A DNA stretch of 64,000 bases, taken from NCBI RefSeq assembly GCF_009914755.1, contig NC_060925.1; one strand, given 5' to 3'. Source of the DNA: the human T2T-CHM13v2.0 reference genome, Homo sapiens. The notes under the pieces are model-generated. The model ran no database searches and was not told where the DNA came from. It saw only the letters and a program-made list of their open reading frames with translations. Shown here one piece after another: positions 52,175-64,000 of this stretch; position 1 is the stretch's first letter; every line of letters starts with the position of its first letter. The position numbers were made by a program, and so were the translations under genes.

Positions 52175-55100
52175 TGAAGCTATGTTGTTCCATTAGATGT
52201 GCAGATCTTAGCAGAAATGCACATGTGTGATGGTGCACCTGAATGTCTATATCATGTACCCTGCATGCAAGATGGCATGGATACACAGTCATAAACTCAC
52301 ACTACATACACCACATAAGACCTTATTGTAGATTGGTACTGCTGGGGAGCAGATGAAGATTTTGGTACATCTTCATCTTCATGTAAAATGATCCTTTGAT
52401 TTTGTCTCCTTTTATTCTTAATCAGCCATTCCTTCCCTTTGTTCTATAGTTTCCAGTCCCACAACTCTGCCCTCCCTATACTATACACTAGTTTTTGCTC
52501 ATGTATTCTCCTCCTCTCAATATTTGCTTCATGTGTGCCCAGTGTTCTTCCATGTGCCTGAAACAAGTGTTTTAAAGGGGGCCACTGTGGATGTGTGGAC
52601 AGTTGACACAACTGCCCTTGTCCCTGGGGAGAAACAGGCCCTAAGGATAGCAGATTATTCTGGAATACAACTACTCTGCAGTAGGAGGGAAATGCTTAAT
52701 GAAGATCTGCATTTGAGGTATTTTGTTTTATTTTATCTGTCTGTTCGTTTTGAAGATACTCTTTGAGATGTGAGGGCATTTTTACTTGAAAGTGAATCAA
52801 CACCCTATACAACTTCAATACATGAGATTTTTAGGTTCTGATTTTCTCCTAATTGACAACTGTTCATTGAGAACCAAATGTTTGCCAGACACTGACACTA
52901 TAATTCTTTGGGGGAAAGTTTCCCTATAATCTTATTGGCAGTGAGAATATTTTCTTGGAATATATTAGGCTACATAATGATGGCAGTGAAGCTGCTACTC
53001 TCTGATACTCCACTCCTGAAATCATTCATATCCAACTTTGAATACTTGTCAGTTTTGAGTATTGACTTTTGTTTCCCTTTCCCTAGACAGTTTAATTAAT
53101 CAGCAACTGTCCTAGAGTTTTTTTTTTTTTAAAAAGGAAGCTGCATCATTAAAATAGGGATATACATCATCTTTATTTTAAATCAGAGAATACATTCTAT
53201 ATGTGTGTGTGTAGATATATACATTCTTCTGTTCTCATAATTCACATGTAAATCTGTTCCCCTTATAAATTAAGTAGTTTGCAAAATCATAAAACTTAAA
53301 TACCACTGCTACTTTCCAAAATACAAGTCACCTAACACTCCAGACATAATTTTCTTATTTGAAAAACTGGAAGATAATGCTTGTCTCAAAGGGCTTATTG
53401 TGAGGATTAAATGAGAGACTAGATATATTGCATCTAGCACAATGTCTACTGCACAGTGGTCCCTCAGTAAATAAATCTATTATTGTAAGTACAGCTAGTA
53501 TGCTTCAAGGAAAGTGGCCAGAACAGAAAAAAAAGTATCTATCAAATTCTCCAAATAGGGCCAGGCTTTGATTATCTTGTACCAGAGCACTGGAACATCT
53601 ATCCTTAAACAGAATTTCCCATACGTTCAGAAAGCCAATATTTAGATTCCTGAATAATCTTTATATAATAGGATGATAATTCAAACCAAATTAAAACCAG
53701 TTAACCATATGATTCTTCCTCCTACTCCTATATAGAAAATGTATTTTTAGTATAGCCTTACCTTCAAAATACAGACTCTGCCAGCTATATTAGTGAATAT
53801 TATTAATCACCTTTTCAGAATTCCTTCAGAACTGTAGCGAGATTTTTGAGAAGTACTGATTCATGGTGTTGTTCCTTGTTTTCTAAAGACACATGTTTAA
53901 ACAAGCAGATTCCTTTACTGAAAGAATGCTAATTTGGTAGTTCACCGAGTGGATTTGAATAGGAGTGACAGCTTCGAAGACAGCCTTTAATTTGGTATAC
54001 AAAACCAAAATTGTCAACTTTGGTTTGTTTAGCACCCTCTCCAGCACAAGCAGAGACATACAGTAGCATCTGAGCTTAAAGAAGAAGCTTATGGGGTTGA
54101 AAGCAGAAATACAATTCAGGCATAAATTTATAATTATGCATTCTTCTTAAATTCAGGCCCAAAAAATTTTTATTTGTAGAGAGCTTATGGGAATGAGGCA
54201 GGGAAATATAGAGAGAGACCAGAGATATTTGCCCTCATTTGACAGCAGTGTTTAATAGAAGTAAAACTTGTGGTTGTAAAGAGTGCTTATTAAATTCTTC
54301 ATTTACACTACCTAATTAATTCTAGCATTTTAAATTAACAGTGAAACTAGTCCCTGCTGTACCATTCCATAGATGCAGCATATTTCCTCCATCCACCCGT
54401 TGTTCAGGTTTAATTGGCTATGCTAAAAGTCAGAGAAGGAGGGAGAGATAGGGCTGTGGGGAAATGGGGAAGGAGTGGGAATTGCTCTAGCGGAGGACCT
54501 CCCCGAGGCCAACATTTGGGGTTAGGTCACAATGCAGGCTGGAAGAGGTGAGGTATATCACACCAGGCAAGTGGAGAGGCTGCAGCTGGTGGTTCAGAAG
54601 TCAGGGTAAATGACATCATGGGTATTTTTGTTGCCCTGATTTTTAACATCCTAGTCCCCCTTTTTCCTCCAACACCTCCTACAGATCTCAATGCATCTCG
54701 ATCCTGTGAAGTTTACAAGGAGTTCTAAATATCCAGTGGGAGGATTGGGGGGTGGGAGGTGGCAAAGAGATAAGAATTCAAGATTAAGATTTTCCAGCCC
54801 CAACCACTCCCTAAGAGAATGTAATGGATTCCCTTAGAAGGTTCTGGCTTCTGCAATGTTAAAATCTCTTTACAGAGAGAGGAAGTGACTCTGTTGATAG
54901 CCTTACCAGCAGGCTAGATTCATCCCTGGCTGTGAATTGTCAATGAATTCTCCGTTTGAGAACAGATAGAAGAAATTTGGTCATGGAGTTAAGTGTTATG
55001 TGCTGGGGACATAAACATCACCATTTATCAAGCACTTCATCTGTGCTGGATACTTGCTAAGCGCTGGACATACCCTATTTCATTTAACACGGAGCCTCCA

Positions 55101-56078
55101 TTTTCTTAGATGAGGAAACTGAAGCTTGGTGATTTCCCCAGGCAGCATAGTTATTAGCAGGTGGTGGAGCTGGGAGTCACCCCTACTTTCCAAAAGCATG
55201 ATTTTATTTGGAGGCATGTACAGGGTAAAGACCCTGCCTAACCTGCACTTCATAACCCAATGCAACATTGTGTTCTGCTGAGCAGAGGTTGCTGGGCACC
55301 CTCTGGAGAGTCTATCTAATGTACCATGGCTTTAAACAAGACTCATGTGTATAAAGGGAGCAAAGATAACAATATTTATCATCCTCTGGGGATATAACTC
55401 AGCCTTTGTCTTCCTTCAGAGTAGAACCAAATTTACTGAAAATGCCAGTTTTAAGATACCTTGCTTTTGGACATCTCTGTTACTTATCTTCTCAGAGACA
55501 TTACATTTTTCTTTTTCCAATTGGGAAAGGACACTCACCAGAATAATCCAGGTACCAGGGAGAAGAAAGGCATATCCTGAGTTGCTTTTGTGTACAGCCG
55601 TGACACATCATGGCATTGGAAGCTAAGTCTTTAGCTTTTCTTCTTCATCTACCTGCAGCCTCTGCTGCTGGGGAAAACAAAGGAAGTGTCATGTGACCCA
55701 CAGAGTTCATGCAACCTAGAAACTCAGGCAAAGAACACCAAATACCTGGTAGAAATTATATTATTCCCATGGACTCCAAGGAGTTGATTTAGTTTCTTAT
55801 TTTTTTGTTTTGTTACCATTTTGGTTTTGGTTTTGTTTTGTAAACATTGAGATTGCCTTACTGAATCCAAGTTCCTATGTGATCAGTATTTTAGGGGAGA
55901 AAACATGTGGCTTGACCAGGGCAAGGTTAGGTGGCTCAGGGTATGTCTTGAAACCAGCAGAGCTGAATTATTATTATTATTTCTTTGCCTTTTTTGCATT
56001 TTTATAAGTGTTTATCTTGTTACCGCCCCAAAACAAATAAGGAAAGAAAAAAAAAGAAAAATCTCTAGAAAGAAATTA

Positions 56079-56378
56079 GGCCAGGCGCAGTGACTCACGC
56101 TTGGAATCCCAGCACTTTGGGTGGCCAAGGCAGATGGGTCACCTGAGGTCAGGAGTTTAAGACCAGCCTGGCCAACATGGTGAAACCCCGTCTCTACTAA
56201 AAATACAAAAATTAGCTAGGCGTGGTGGTGGGCGCCTGTAATCCCAGCTACTCGGGAGGCTGAGGCAGGAGAATTGCTTGAATCTGGGAGGCGGAGGTTG
56301 CATTGAGCTGAGATTGCGCTCCAGCCTGGGTAACAAGTACGAAACTCTGTCTCAAAAAAAAAAGAAAAAGAAAAAAGA
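56079..56378 (+). mobile_element. AluS (Sx-like), sense, small internal deletion near the 3' end
   Basis: Both arms; agattgcg|ctccagcc lacks ccactgca; A-rich tail. Confidence 0.95.
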
Positions 56379-56505
56379 AATCAGTGTAAGACAACAAACA
56401 GTTTTGACCTGCCTATTTACATTGTGTGATTATTTGCATCACAGTGATAAAAAAAAGAATTGTATTTTTACTTCATGTCACTCTCTGTGTACCCATGCAT
56501 TGTCC

Positions 56506-56804
<299 letters not shown>

Positions 56805-59375
56805 ACAGTGTACTTTGTTTTTGAGGACAGGACAGACCAAACTGAACATTATCAATAACAAAACTGAATCTATTAAGAGACAAGTATATGGAACATGCTA
56901 TTAATACGTTAAGTGCTATAGGTGGTTGGAAGAGGTGAGGTTGGTGTTAGCTGGAGCTGTTGGGGAAAGTTTAAAAGATAGGGTAAGGATTTAGGTAGAG
57001 GAAAGAAAAGCAAAGGAATAGAGCTAAAATTTTAGTCAAAGAACAAAAGCATTTTTTATTCCTCTGTGCTTTGGACAAAAGAAGTAGCGCTGGAACATGT
57101 CTCTTTGGAAGCAGTGGTCTAATATGAAGCAGCATGGTCAAATGAAGTTAAGCATACCAAAAAATTCAGTCAGTTAGAGTTGTACCCCAATGGACAAAGA
57201 CAACATTTCCTAAACACCACTTCTAATCCGTGTCTTCATTTCTTCCTTTATAATACGTCTCTTTGGTTTAATTAATATCATTTAGTGGAAAAAGAATAAG
57301 GCCAAATAAATGACCTTCACTACTGTGGGCAAGAGGGTGGATATTTTGCTGCTGCCTTTGTATCTGAATTTACAACTCTAATTAAAGGAACCAACTCAGT
57401 TTTGATGCAGTAACACTGGGTAACTTGTGTTCTTTCTTGAATTTCTGAAAGTGCTAACAATCCTGAGCGTGTCTCTCTCAGTAGGTGAGATGTGGGAAAT
57501 GGACCACAGCGGTGGCCACAGTATCTATTAGAGCATCTAGGCTTTGAGTCATGACAGAGTACAGTCTATTGGGTTGAAGAGGAGAGGGGAGTGAGGGTTC
57601 TGGATTGTTTTAATGTACCTTATATACTTTCATGTACTGGACTTATAGGAACACTATGGGAATTTGGTTGAATTTTACTTCTGAGATAACTATATAAACA
57701 ATAAAAGGCTCTGAAAAATCCTAAGATATAAAAATTCCTTGAACTCACTCCCAAAATGTGAATTCAGCCCCAAGGTGAGTTTATTGGCATAATTTCTTAC
57801 AACACCCAGCAGACATATAAGAATAACTGCAACAGCTTTTATTTTTTGTGTGTGCCTTAATATGTTTACTGGGCACTATAATAATGCTTTAAATATAGTA
57901 GCTTATTTAAATAATAAATCAAGCTATCTTGGAGAATCATAATGGCCAATGCTTTTGAGTACTTACTGTGTGCCAAGCATTGTGCTGAGATCAGTAGACG
58001 GAGTCTCACATAATCCTCATGATGGCCATTTTACAGATGCAGAAACTTGAAATCAGGAGCAGTTGAATTACTGGCCAACGTGACTTAGCTTCCAAGTTAA
58101 GGGAGGTGGTACTTGAACCCAGCACTGACTAATTGTGAATTGTCAAATTTATACTTTATTTCTGGCAGTTTGCCCCAAAATACTAAACTGACTCCTCCCC
58201 TTTACAAACTAACTCAGCTTGTATACCTAGGGAATGAAATTTTTGAATACCGGGAAAACATAATTAGAGCTCAGAATCTTTTGTTTTGGAAAATAGCACA
58301 CAGTGCATTAAAAAGATAAATTTTTGGTATTAAACAGGTCACTGCTTAGCTAAACAAAGAAGACTAGACTTGGAGTGGTTTTTTCACTTCTGATATTCTC
58401 TTTTCGTGAAATACTCTTCAGTATGTTCACCTTTTCTTTATTGTGCAGGCACTGTATTGAAATGGATGCTGCCTACAATTTAAGCATAATAAAAACCCAG
58501 CCTCATTTAGGCATATCCAAGAAAATCCCAAGATATTGATTAGCTAAATGAACTTTTCTACATGCACATAAGACGGAAAGTGATTAGTGATGGGAAGAGT
58601 ACAGCAAATGGTAGCATTTATCAGCATATTTTGCTGCTGATTTGGAAAATGTGCTTAGTACAATGTGATGTATCTCCTGATTTCAGAGGAAAATCAGGCA
58701 GATTCGCATCTGTCATTTTATTTACCACCTCCCTGCAGTCATACATATTCTACAAAGAAGAATAAAAGAGTTTTGATTTGTTGACTCGGGAAGAGGGGGT
58801 TGGCTATTGTTGGAGGTGAGTGGAAAATTTTTAGGTATGGAGAAGATTTGGCAGCCTAATGGGGTTGCAAAACAGGAGAATTGGAGTCTGCCTTATTAAG
58901 GGGAACTTGAAGAACGTCAGAACGTGTAGTGCAAACAGTAAACCATGTAATCATTGTGCTTCTTACACACTCATCAGGGGGAATCAGAGACTTTCCATCC
59001 TTTCTAATTAGGGCAGGTTGGCAGTTGAGTGGAGCTGTGAGGTTTAGGGTTTGTGCAGGTACATTATGCATCTTCTGACACAATTTTTTCCCAGGATGTC
59101 TGTAGTCAGGATTACAGACCAGGTATGGTTTCCTTTTGCCTCCTGGCTGTGTTCCCCTTCATCTTACCTTCCAAATCAGACAGTTCTGCCCTGCTTCCGA
59201 ACTCAGATAACCGTAGGAAAGTATTCTCACATCCCAGAAGAGATGTCTCAAAGGATTTTTACCTAGGATGTGAATCAGGCTGGGTATTTTAAGAATTTTC
59301 TATTTCTGTACTTTAGCTGACTGTTTGGTTCGTAAGACCAATTCCCTGTTCACGCAGCCTTCTCTTCTTCCCCCA

Positions 59376-59416
59376 ACACACACACACACACACACCCACA
59401 CATTCACTCACTCACT
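59376..59416 (+). repeat. (CA)n/(CACT)n microsatellite
   Basis: Directly visible. Confidence 0.85.
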
Positions 59417-60650
59417 CCTCCCTTCTCTGTAGAATGCCCTGGTTGATTGAGACTAGGAACTAAGGAGGAAGGTAATGTCAAACTGAAATTTCCACACATT
59501 ATCTAAAAATGTAATTCATCAGCTTCAGGGTAGGAGGAAAGTGCTTTCTGAAATGTGTTAATGGGAAATTCATTTTCTTCTTGTCTTCTGTGAGGTGTAG
59601 TAGTGGTGATTTCTTTTTCCAATCTGCCCCCTCGCCCCCATTCCACATCTCCCTGACTGCTCTTAACTGATAAACTCTGTATCTGTGTTTATTCCTCGTA
59701 AGAACTAAAGATCATTAAGTTGCTTTTTCGTTTTTTCTACAGTCCCAAAATTGAGCTTTGATAGGAGAAGATATTTCTAGTTTGGAGAGAAGATAAAATT
59801 CAGATAGAGATCATATATTTGTATAAGGTTTTTATATTTGTAAAACATTTTCAATCAACCAACAGTATTTATTTAGTGTCTACTCTCTCAGACCAAATAG
59901 ATATTATTCCCTTTCCTTCCCTTCTCTGAAATTCTGTATCACAGTCTGTGAGGAGGTCAAAATGGATAAGTCATAGTTTGTGCCCATGTGTTGCTGCAGG
60001 ACCAACGAGCCAGGGAAACCAGAACAAATGACAGCCCTTCATGAAAGTCTGGAAGTGACGGGGAGCTGGCTGCTTATTATGCATATTAACTACACATCTA
60101 CCTTGCTGTTTTGTGGGCGGGGGCAAGAGGGAAGTGGAGGTTGTTTTGTTTTGTTCTTCACCAAGGCCCAATCTTACTTTTCCTTGGTCCTGGCTATTAA
60201 TGTCATTGGAAGGATGGTGAAAAAGGATTCATAATGATACAATGAAGTTGGAGGTTTGATGGAATGCCTACTGCGTGTCAGCTACAGTGCTAGGCATATT
60301 ATAGATGTTATCTCATTGAAGCTTTATATCAGTGTTGCCTGATCAGTGATTTTATTCCCATTTTGCAGATGCAGAACCCAAGACCTAGAATTAGTCAGCT
60401 GGTGAGTGGGGTTAGGGCATCTGACTGCAAAGTCTATGGTCTTTCTGTTACCATACCACTCTGTCTGTGCTGAATGAAGACAACATCAGTTATGGGTGTT
60501 CAAAGGAGAAAAAGATGACAATAGACTGAGATTCTCAAAGCAAGTGTCAAAGAAAAGCGAGCCTTCAACTTGGCCCTGAATTTGGTAGAGATTAGATTGT
60601 AGGAGACCAGTCCATGCAGAGGAGGCAGCTGAGCGAAGCTTCAGAGACAT

Positions 60651-61024
60651 TGTTATGGAATGAATGTTTATGTCCCCGCAAAATTCTTATGTTGAAGTTC
60701 TAACCCCCAATGTAATAGTTTTTGGAGATAGGGCCTCTGCAGAAGTAATTAAGGTTAAATGAGGCCATAATGGTAGATCCCTGATCTGATAAGATTAGTG
60801 ATCTTATAAGAAGAGGAAGAGAGACTGGAATTTTCTCCATACATATGCAACAAGCAAGAAGGCAGCTATCTGCAAGCCAGAAAAAGAGCCTTCACTAGAA
60901 CCCAACCATGCTAGCACCCTGATCTTGGATTTCCAGACTCCAGAACTGTGAGAAAATAAATTTCTGTTGTTTAAGCCACCCAGTCTGTGGTATCTTCTTA
61001 TAGTAGCCCAAGCTGCCTAATACA
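60651..61024 (+). mobile_element. MLT1A-type MaLR solo LTR with 5-bp TSD
   Basis: TG...CA termini; tgaatgtttatgtcccc..aaaattc; cagaactgtgagaaaataaatttctgttgtttaagccacccagtctgtggtat. TSD gacat at 60646-60650 and 61025-61029. Confidence 0.92.
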
Positions 61025-61712
61025 GACATCTTCAAGAGATAATGAATAGAACAGGCAGGACTACTCTGTCGGGTAAATGGGGATACCACCTTTGTGTCAG
61101 TGAAATATCTGAAGCTCAGAGATGTTAAATAATTTATCCAGGGTCACAGTTAATAAGCGGTGGAGCTGATATTTGAACCCAAGTCTGATTCTGAGGTCTG
61201 CGTTCCTTCTACTTTGCTAGTAACTAACTCTACCTAACACAGAAGGAAGTTGACAGCTTTCAGACTTCCCATGGCGTCTGTGATCTGAGAACCATTATTT
61301 ATCTCTCTAAGGTGATGTACCCATTTGCTCAGTGACTTGCTTTCCACCTACTTAGTTCTTGCGGATTTCTAAGTTGAGTTTTCTGCATGTCCCTTATTTT
61401 GTAGTTGAATGTCTGGTGAGATACAAGGCCTCATAAACACAAAGTGGATACAGCTAGCTAGGGTAATAACTCTAATTCCTATGGCCGCTAATGGAATTTC
61501 TCATCACAAACTTCTGGAATCAGATTAAATAATTTTATTGGTGATATAAGCATAAAATATACACTTAGCAATCCCTGATATTTGCCCTTAGTGTTTGTTT
61601 TCAGAGGCTTTTATACTCAGTACTTCCTTTGACGAGTCAAGAGCACTTGGCTGCTTATTTTTCTTGCTCTTTCTTCCTCTCTTTTCTTTGCCTGGTTTGT
61701 TGTTGTTGTTAT

Positions 61713-61716
<4 letters not shown>

Positions 61717-61749
<33 letters not shown>
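61717..61749 (+). repeat. (TG)~16 microsatellite preceded by (TTG)n
   Basis: Directly visible. Confidence 0.95.
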
Positions 61750-61752
<3 letters not shown>

Positions 61753-61986
61753 TCCTGCTTCCTCTTTCTGCCTTCTTGTTTTTTGACATGTCACTTTGAT
61801 CCAAAAAGGATTTTCATTGGCTTATTAGATAGTATGGAAAAAACTAAAATTGAAATAGCCATCAATTTTTTTAAAAAACAGAATAGAAGGAAATGGATAT
61901 AGAATGGTAAAAGGAGACCAGAGGAAATTTAGTAAATTAATTGTGGTTAAATGACTCAAACGGACCACCTAGTTTGAGTTTTCTTT

Positions 61987-62219
61987 TTTTTTAATTATTA
62001 TTATACTTTAAGTTTTAGGGTACATGTGCACAATATGCAGGTTAGTTACATATGTATACATGTGCCATGCTGGTGTGCTGCACCCATTAACTCGTCATTT
62101 AGCATTAGTTATATCTCCTAATGCTATCCCTCCCCCCTCCCCCCACCCCACAACAGTCCCCAGAGTATGATGTTCCCCTTCCTGTGTCCATGTGTTCTCA
62201 TTGTTCAATTCCCATCTAG
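61987..62219 (-). mobile_element. Young primate L1PA 3' end, 5'-truncated to ~230 bp, 11-bp TSD
   Basis: ttatactttaagttttagggtacatgtgcacaa...gttagttacatatgtatacatgtgccatgctgg. TSD gagttttcttt at 61976-61986 and 62220-62230. Confidence 0.95.
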
Positions 62220-62939
62220 GAGTTTTCTTTACATCAATGAAAATGAATGGTGACAACTTTGGTTCCTTTCTCAAGTAGTTACCAGAATCCCCACACCCTC
62301 TCCCACCACTGGCCCTGTAGCCCTTTCTCTGGAGACAGGCCTCTGATTGTAGAGACACTTGCCCACTGTAATGCAGGATTGGATAGAAAGCCTGAAATCA
62401 TATACATGGAATTTTCCTCATCTTTCTTGCCTGGGTCCATTTTGGATTGATTGACTTGCTTTTTATGGCTAGGGCAGGCAGTAACACAGAGAAGCTGCCT
62501 GAGTGGAGTTCTTGTTTTTATTAATATAAGGTATAAACAATGTGCCCTATGGAGGAGGTGTTCTGAAGCAGGCCTTCCTTGCCTGCTGCCCTGAACTGAG
62601 GTATTACTGAAGTATTACTGCTTTCTGAGTCACTTCAGTCTTTCCTCTCCCTTCAGACCCCAAGGCTGGACATGCAGGAACTTCAGTTTTCAGCTTCCGT
62701 CTTTCTCGTGAGGGTTTCTGCAGTGAGTTCTGTCTGGTTTCTCATTACCCAGAGCCCTGAGCTGGACAACAAACAGGAAACTCAAATGTCACTCTCATAT
62801 CCTGGTCCTAACTGTGGAAACTGGAACTAGTCCTCAACCACCTTTGCTCTTCCCAGTGCCCCTCACCAGTCAATGGACACAGATCACCCTCTAAGTACGA
62901 GAGAGAGACAGCACTACCCAAGAGCTCCGCACACCCCAG

Positions 62940-63090
62940 CACACACACACATCCCCCAAACACTTTTCTGGCATGCATGTGCGTGCACAGGCACGCACAC
63001 ACACACACACACACATCCCCCAAACACTTTTCTGGCAGGCATGTGCGCACGCAGGCACACACACAAACACATCCCCCAAACACTTTCTGG
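62940..63090 (+). repeat. Minisatellite, ~2.5 units of 56-64 bp with internal (CA)n
   Basis: Core atcccccaaacactt(t)tctgg at 62951, 63015 and 63071. Confidence 0.9.
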
Positions 63091-63529
63091 TCAGAAATAC
63101 CAAACCCAGTGCATCAGACTAACCAGAATTGAGACAGACTTCACTGAAAGTCCTGCCTTGCCTTCCCCACCCCATACTTGATAGATGTATTTGAAACCTT
63201 ATGTAAGTCATGTTATCCCTTTGGATCTCCATTTCCTCAATACACAGTAGAGAAGATAAATCTTAACCCTACCTTCTTTGGATGGTACTTGTGAATTCAA
63301 ACCAGGTGATACATGCGAAGGCACTTTGTAAATGAAAGCAGTCTATAAATGGGTTGCTCCTATCTCGTAACTCCTAACCACTTCTCATCAAGGGTGTTAG
63401 CCCTGGGCCAACAGATGGATAAAGGGGGAGGAGAGGGAAGGTGGATGTCTGTTCCTGGTTCAATCCTAGGTTATGTAATTCCAAGTAGGAAGTAGGAGAT
63501 GGCATCTGAGAAGGCAGGAGAATAGAATG

Positions 63530-63745
63530 GAAACTTACGTTTACTAAGCACCTGCTAGATGCCAGATGTTAGATGCCGCCTTATATTTATCTCATTTAAT
63601 CCTGACCACATCTACAGTAGGTACACATTAGTGACCCCCTTATTTAGACAAGGAAACCAAGGTTCCTGGAGTTTAATGTGACTAGCCTAAGGTCACACAG
63701 CAAGCAAGTGGCCAAGCCGGCTGCATACCCATGTCTGTCTGCCAG
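63530..63745 (-). mobile_element. MIR
   Basis: atctcatttaatcct...gaaaccaaggttc...gcctaaggtcacacagcaagcaagtggc. Many similar MIR relics elsewhere (e.g. ~2075, 3680, 7010, 28900, 36830, 50450, 53350, 57940, 60260) are not listed individually. Confidence 0.75.
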
Positions 63746-63918
63746 CTGGGACGAGAGACCTTCACAAGAGAGGGTTTCCCACATTCTTGCTGTTTCATCC
63801 TGAGTCATGAATGTGGCTGTACATTGTATTCCAGTAAACCTCAGGAATAGCTGCAGAAATAATGAACACCAATTTCAGTGGTTCTGGAAGATTGTAAATG
63901 AAAGCCTTTAGTTCAATA

Positions 63919-64000
63919 AGATGCTCCTCCATTTACAGTGGGATTATATCCTGATACACCGTCATAAATTGAAAATATCATAAGTTGAAAATGCATTTAA
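63919..64000 (+). mobile_element. TcMar-Tigger MITE (MER47-like) 5' end, truncated by the window edge
   Basis: ta|agatgctcctc..ttac..tggg.tta.atcc.gata.acc..tc.taa.ttgaaaatatc.taagt.gaaaatgcatttaa follows the recalled consensus. Confidence 0.7.

Noticed and set aside
62940-63090. Repeat-spacer pattern resembling a CRISPR array
   Set aside because: Eukaryotic intron; the spacers are near-copies of each other; no cas genes. It is a minisatellite.

Overview
Primate, most likely human, genomic DNA covering the 5' part of ELAVL4 (HuD, neuronal ELAV-like RNA-binding protein) on the + strand. A cluster of five short alternative first coding exons lies at 10.9-16.9 kb (MEQ; MFEISRTLNAALLNNE; [MLRY...]MRLLLLREIVINESRNCSFM; MVM; MEWNGLKM). 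All five end at phase-0 GT donors compatible with the common exon 2 (51920-52160: IISTMEPQ...start of RRM1), reached across a 35-41 kb intron. Exon 3 is beyond the window. The rest is intronic/upstream DNA with Alu, L1, L2, MIR, MLT1 and DNA-transposon relics and microsatellites, except for a ~15 kb stretch around the promoters with no recognisable transposons. The gene is well known and I see no new gene system. The most interesting signals are: possible in-frame chaining of the 'first' exons into a modular N-terminus, a splice-junction-spanning uORF, start codons embedded in neurogenic E-boxes, an AluY with unique sequence trapped between its tail and its TSD, inverted Alus around exon 2, and several short local duplications. 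Gene and repeat-family names come from recalled sequences, not from a search.
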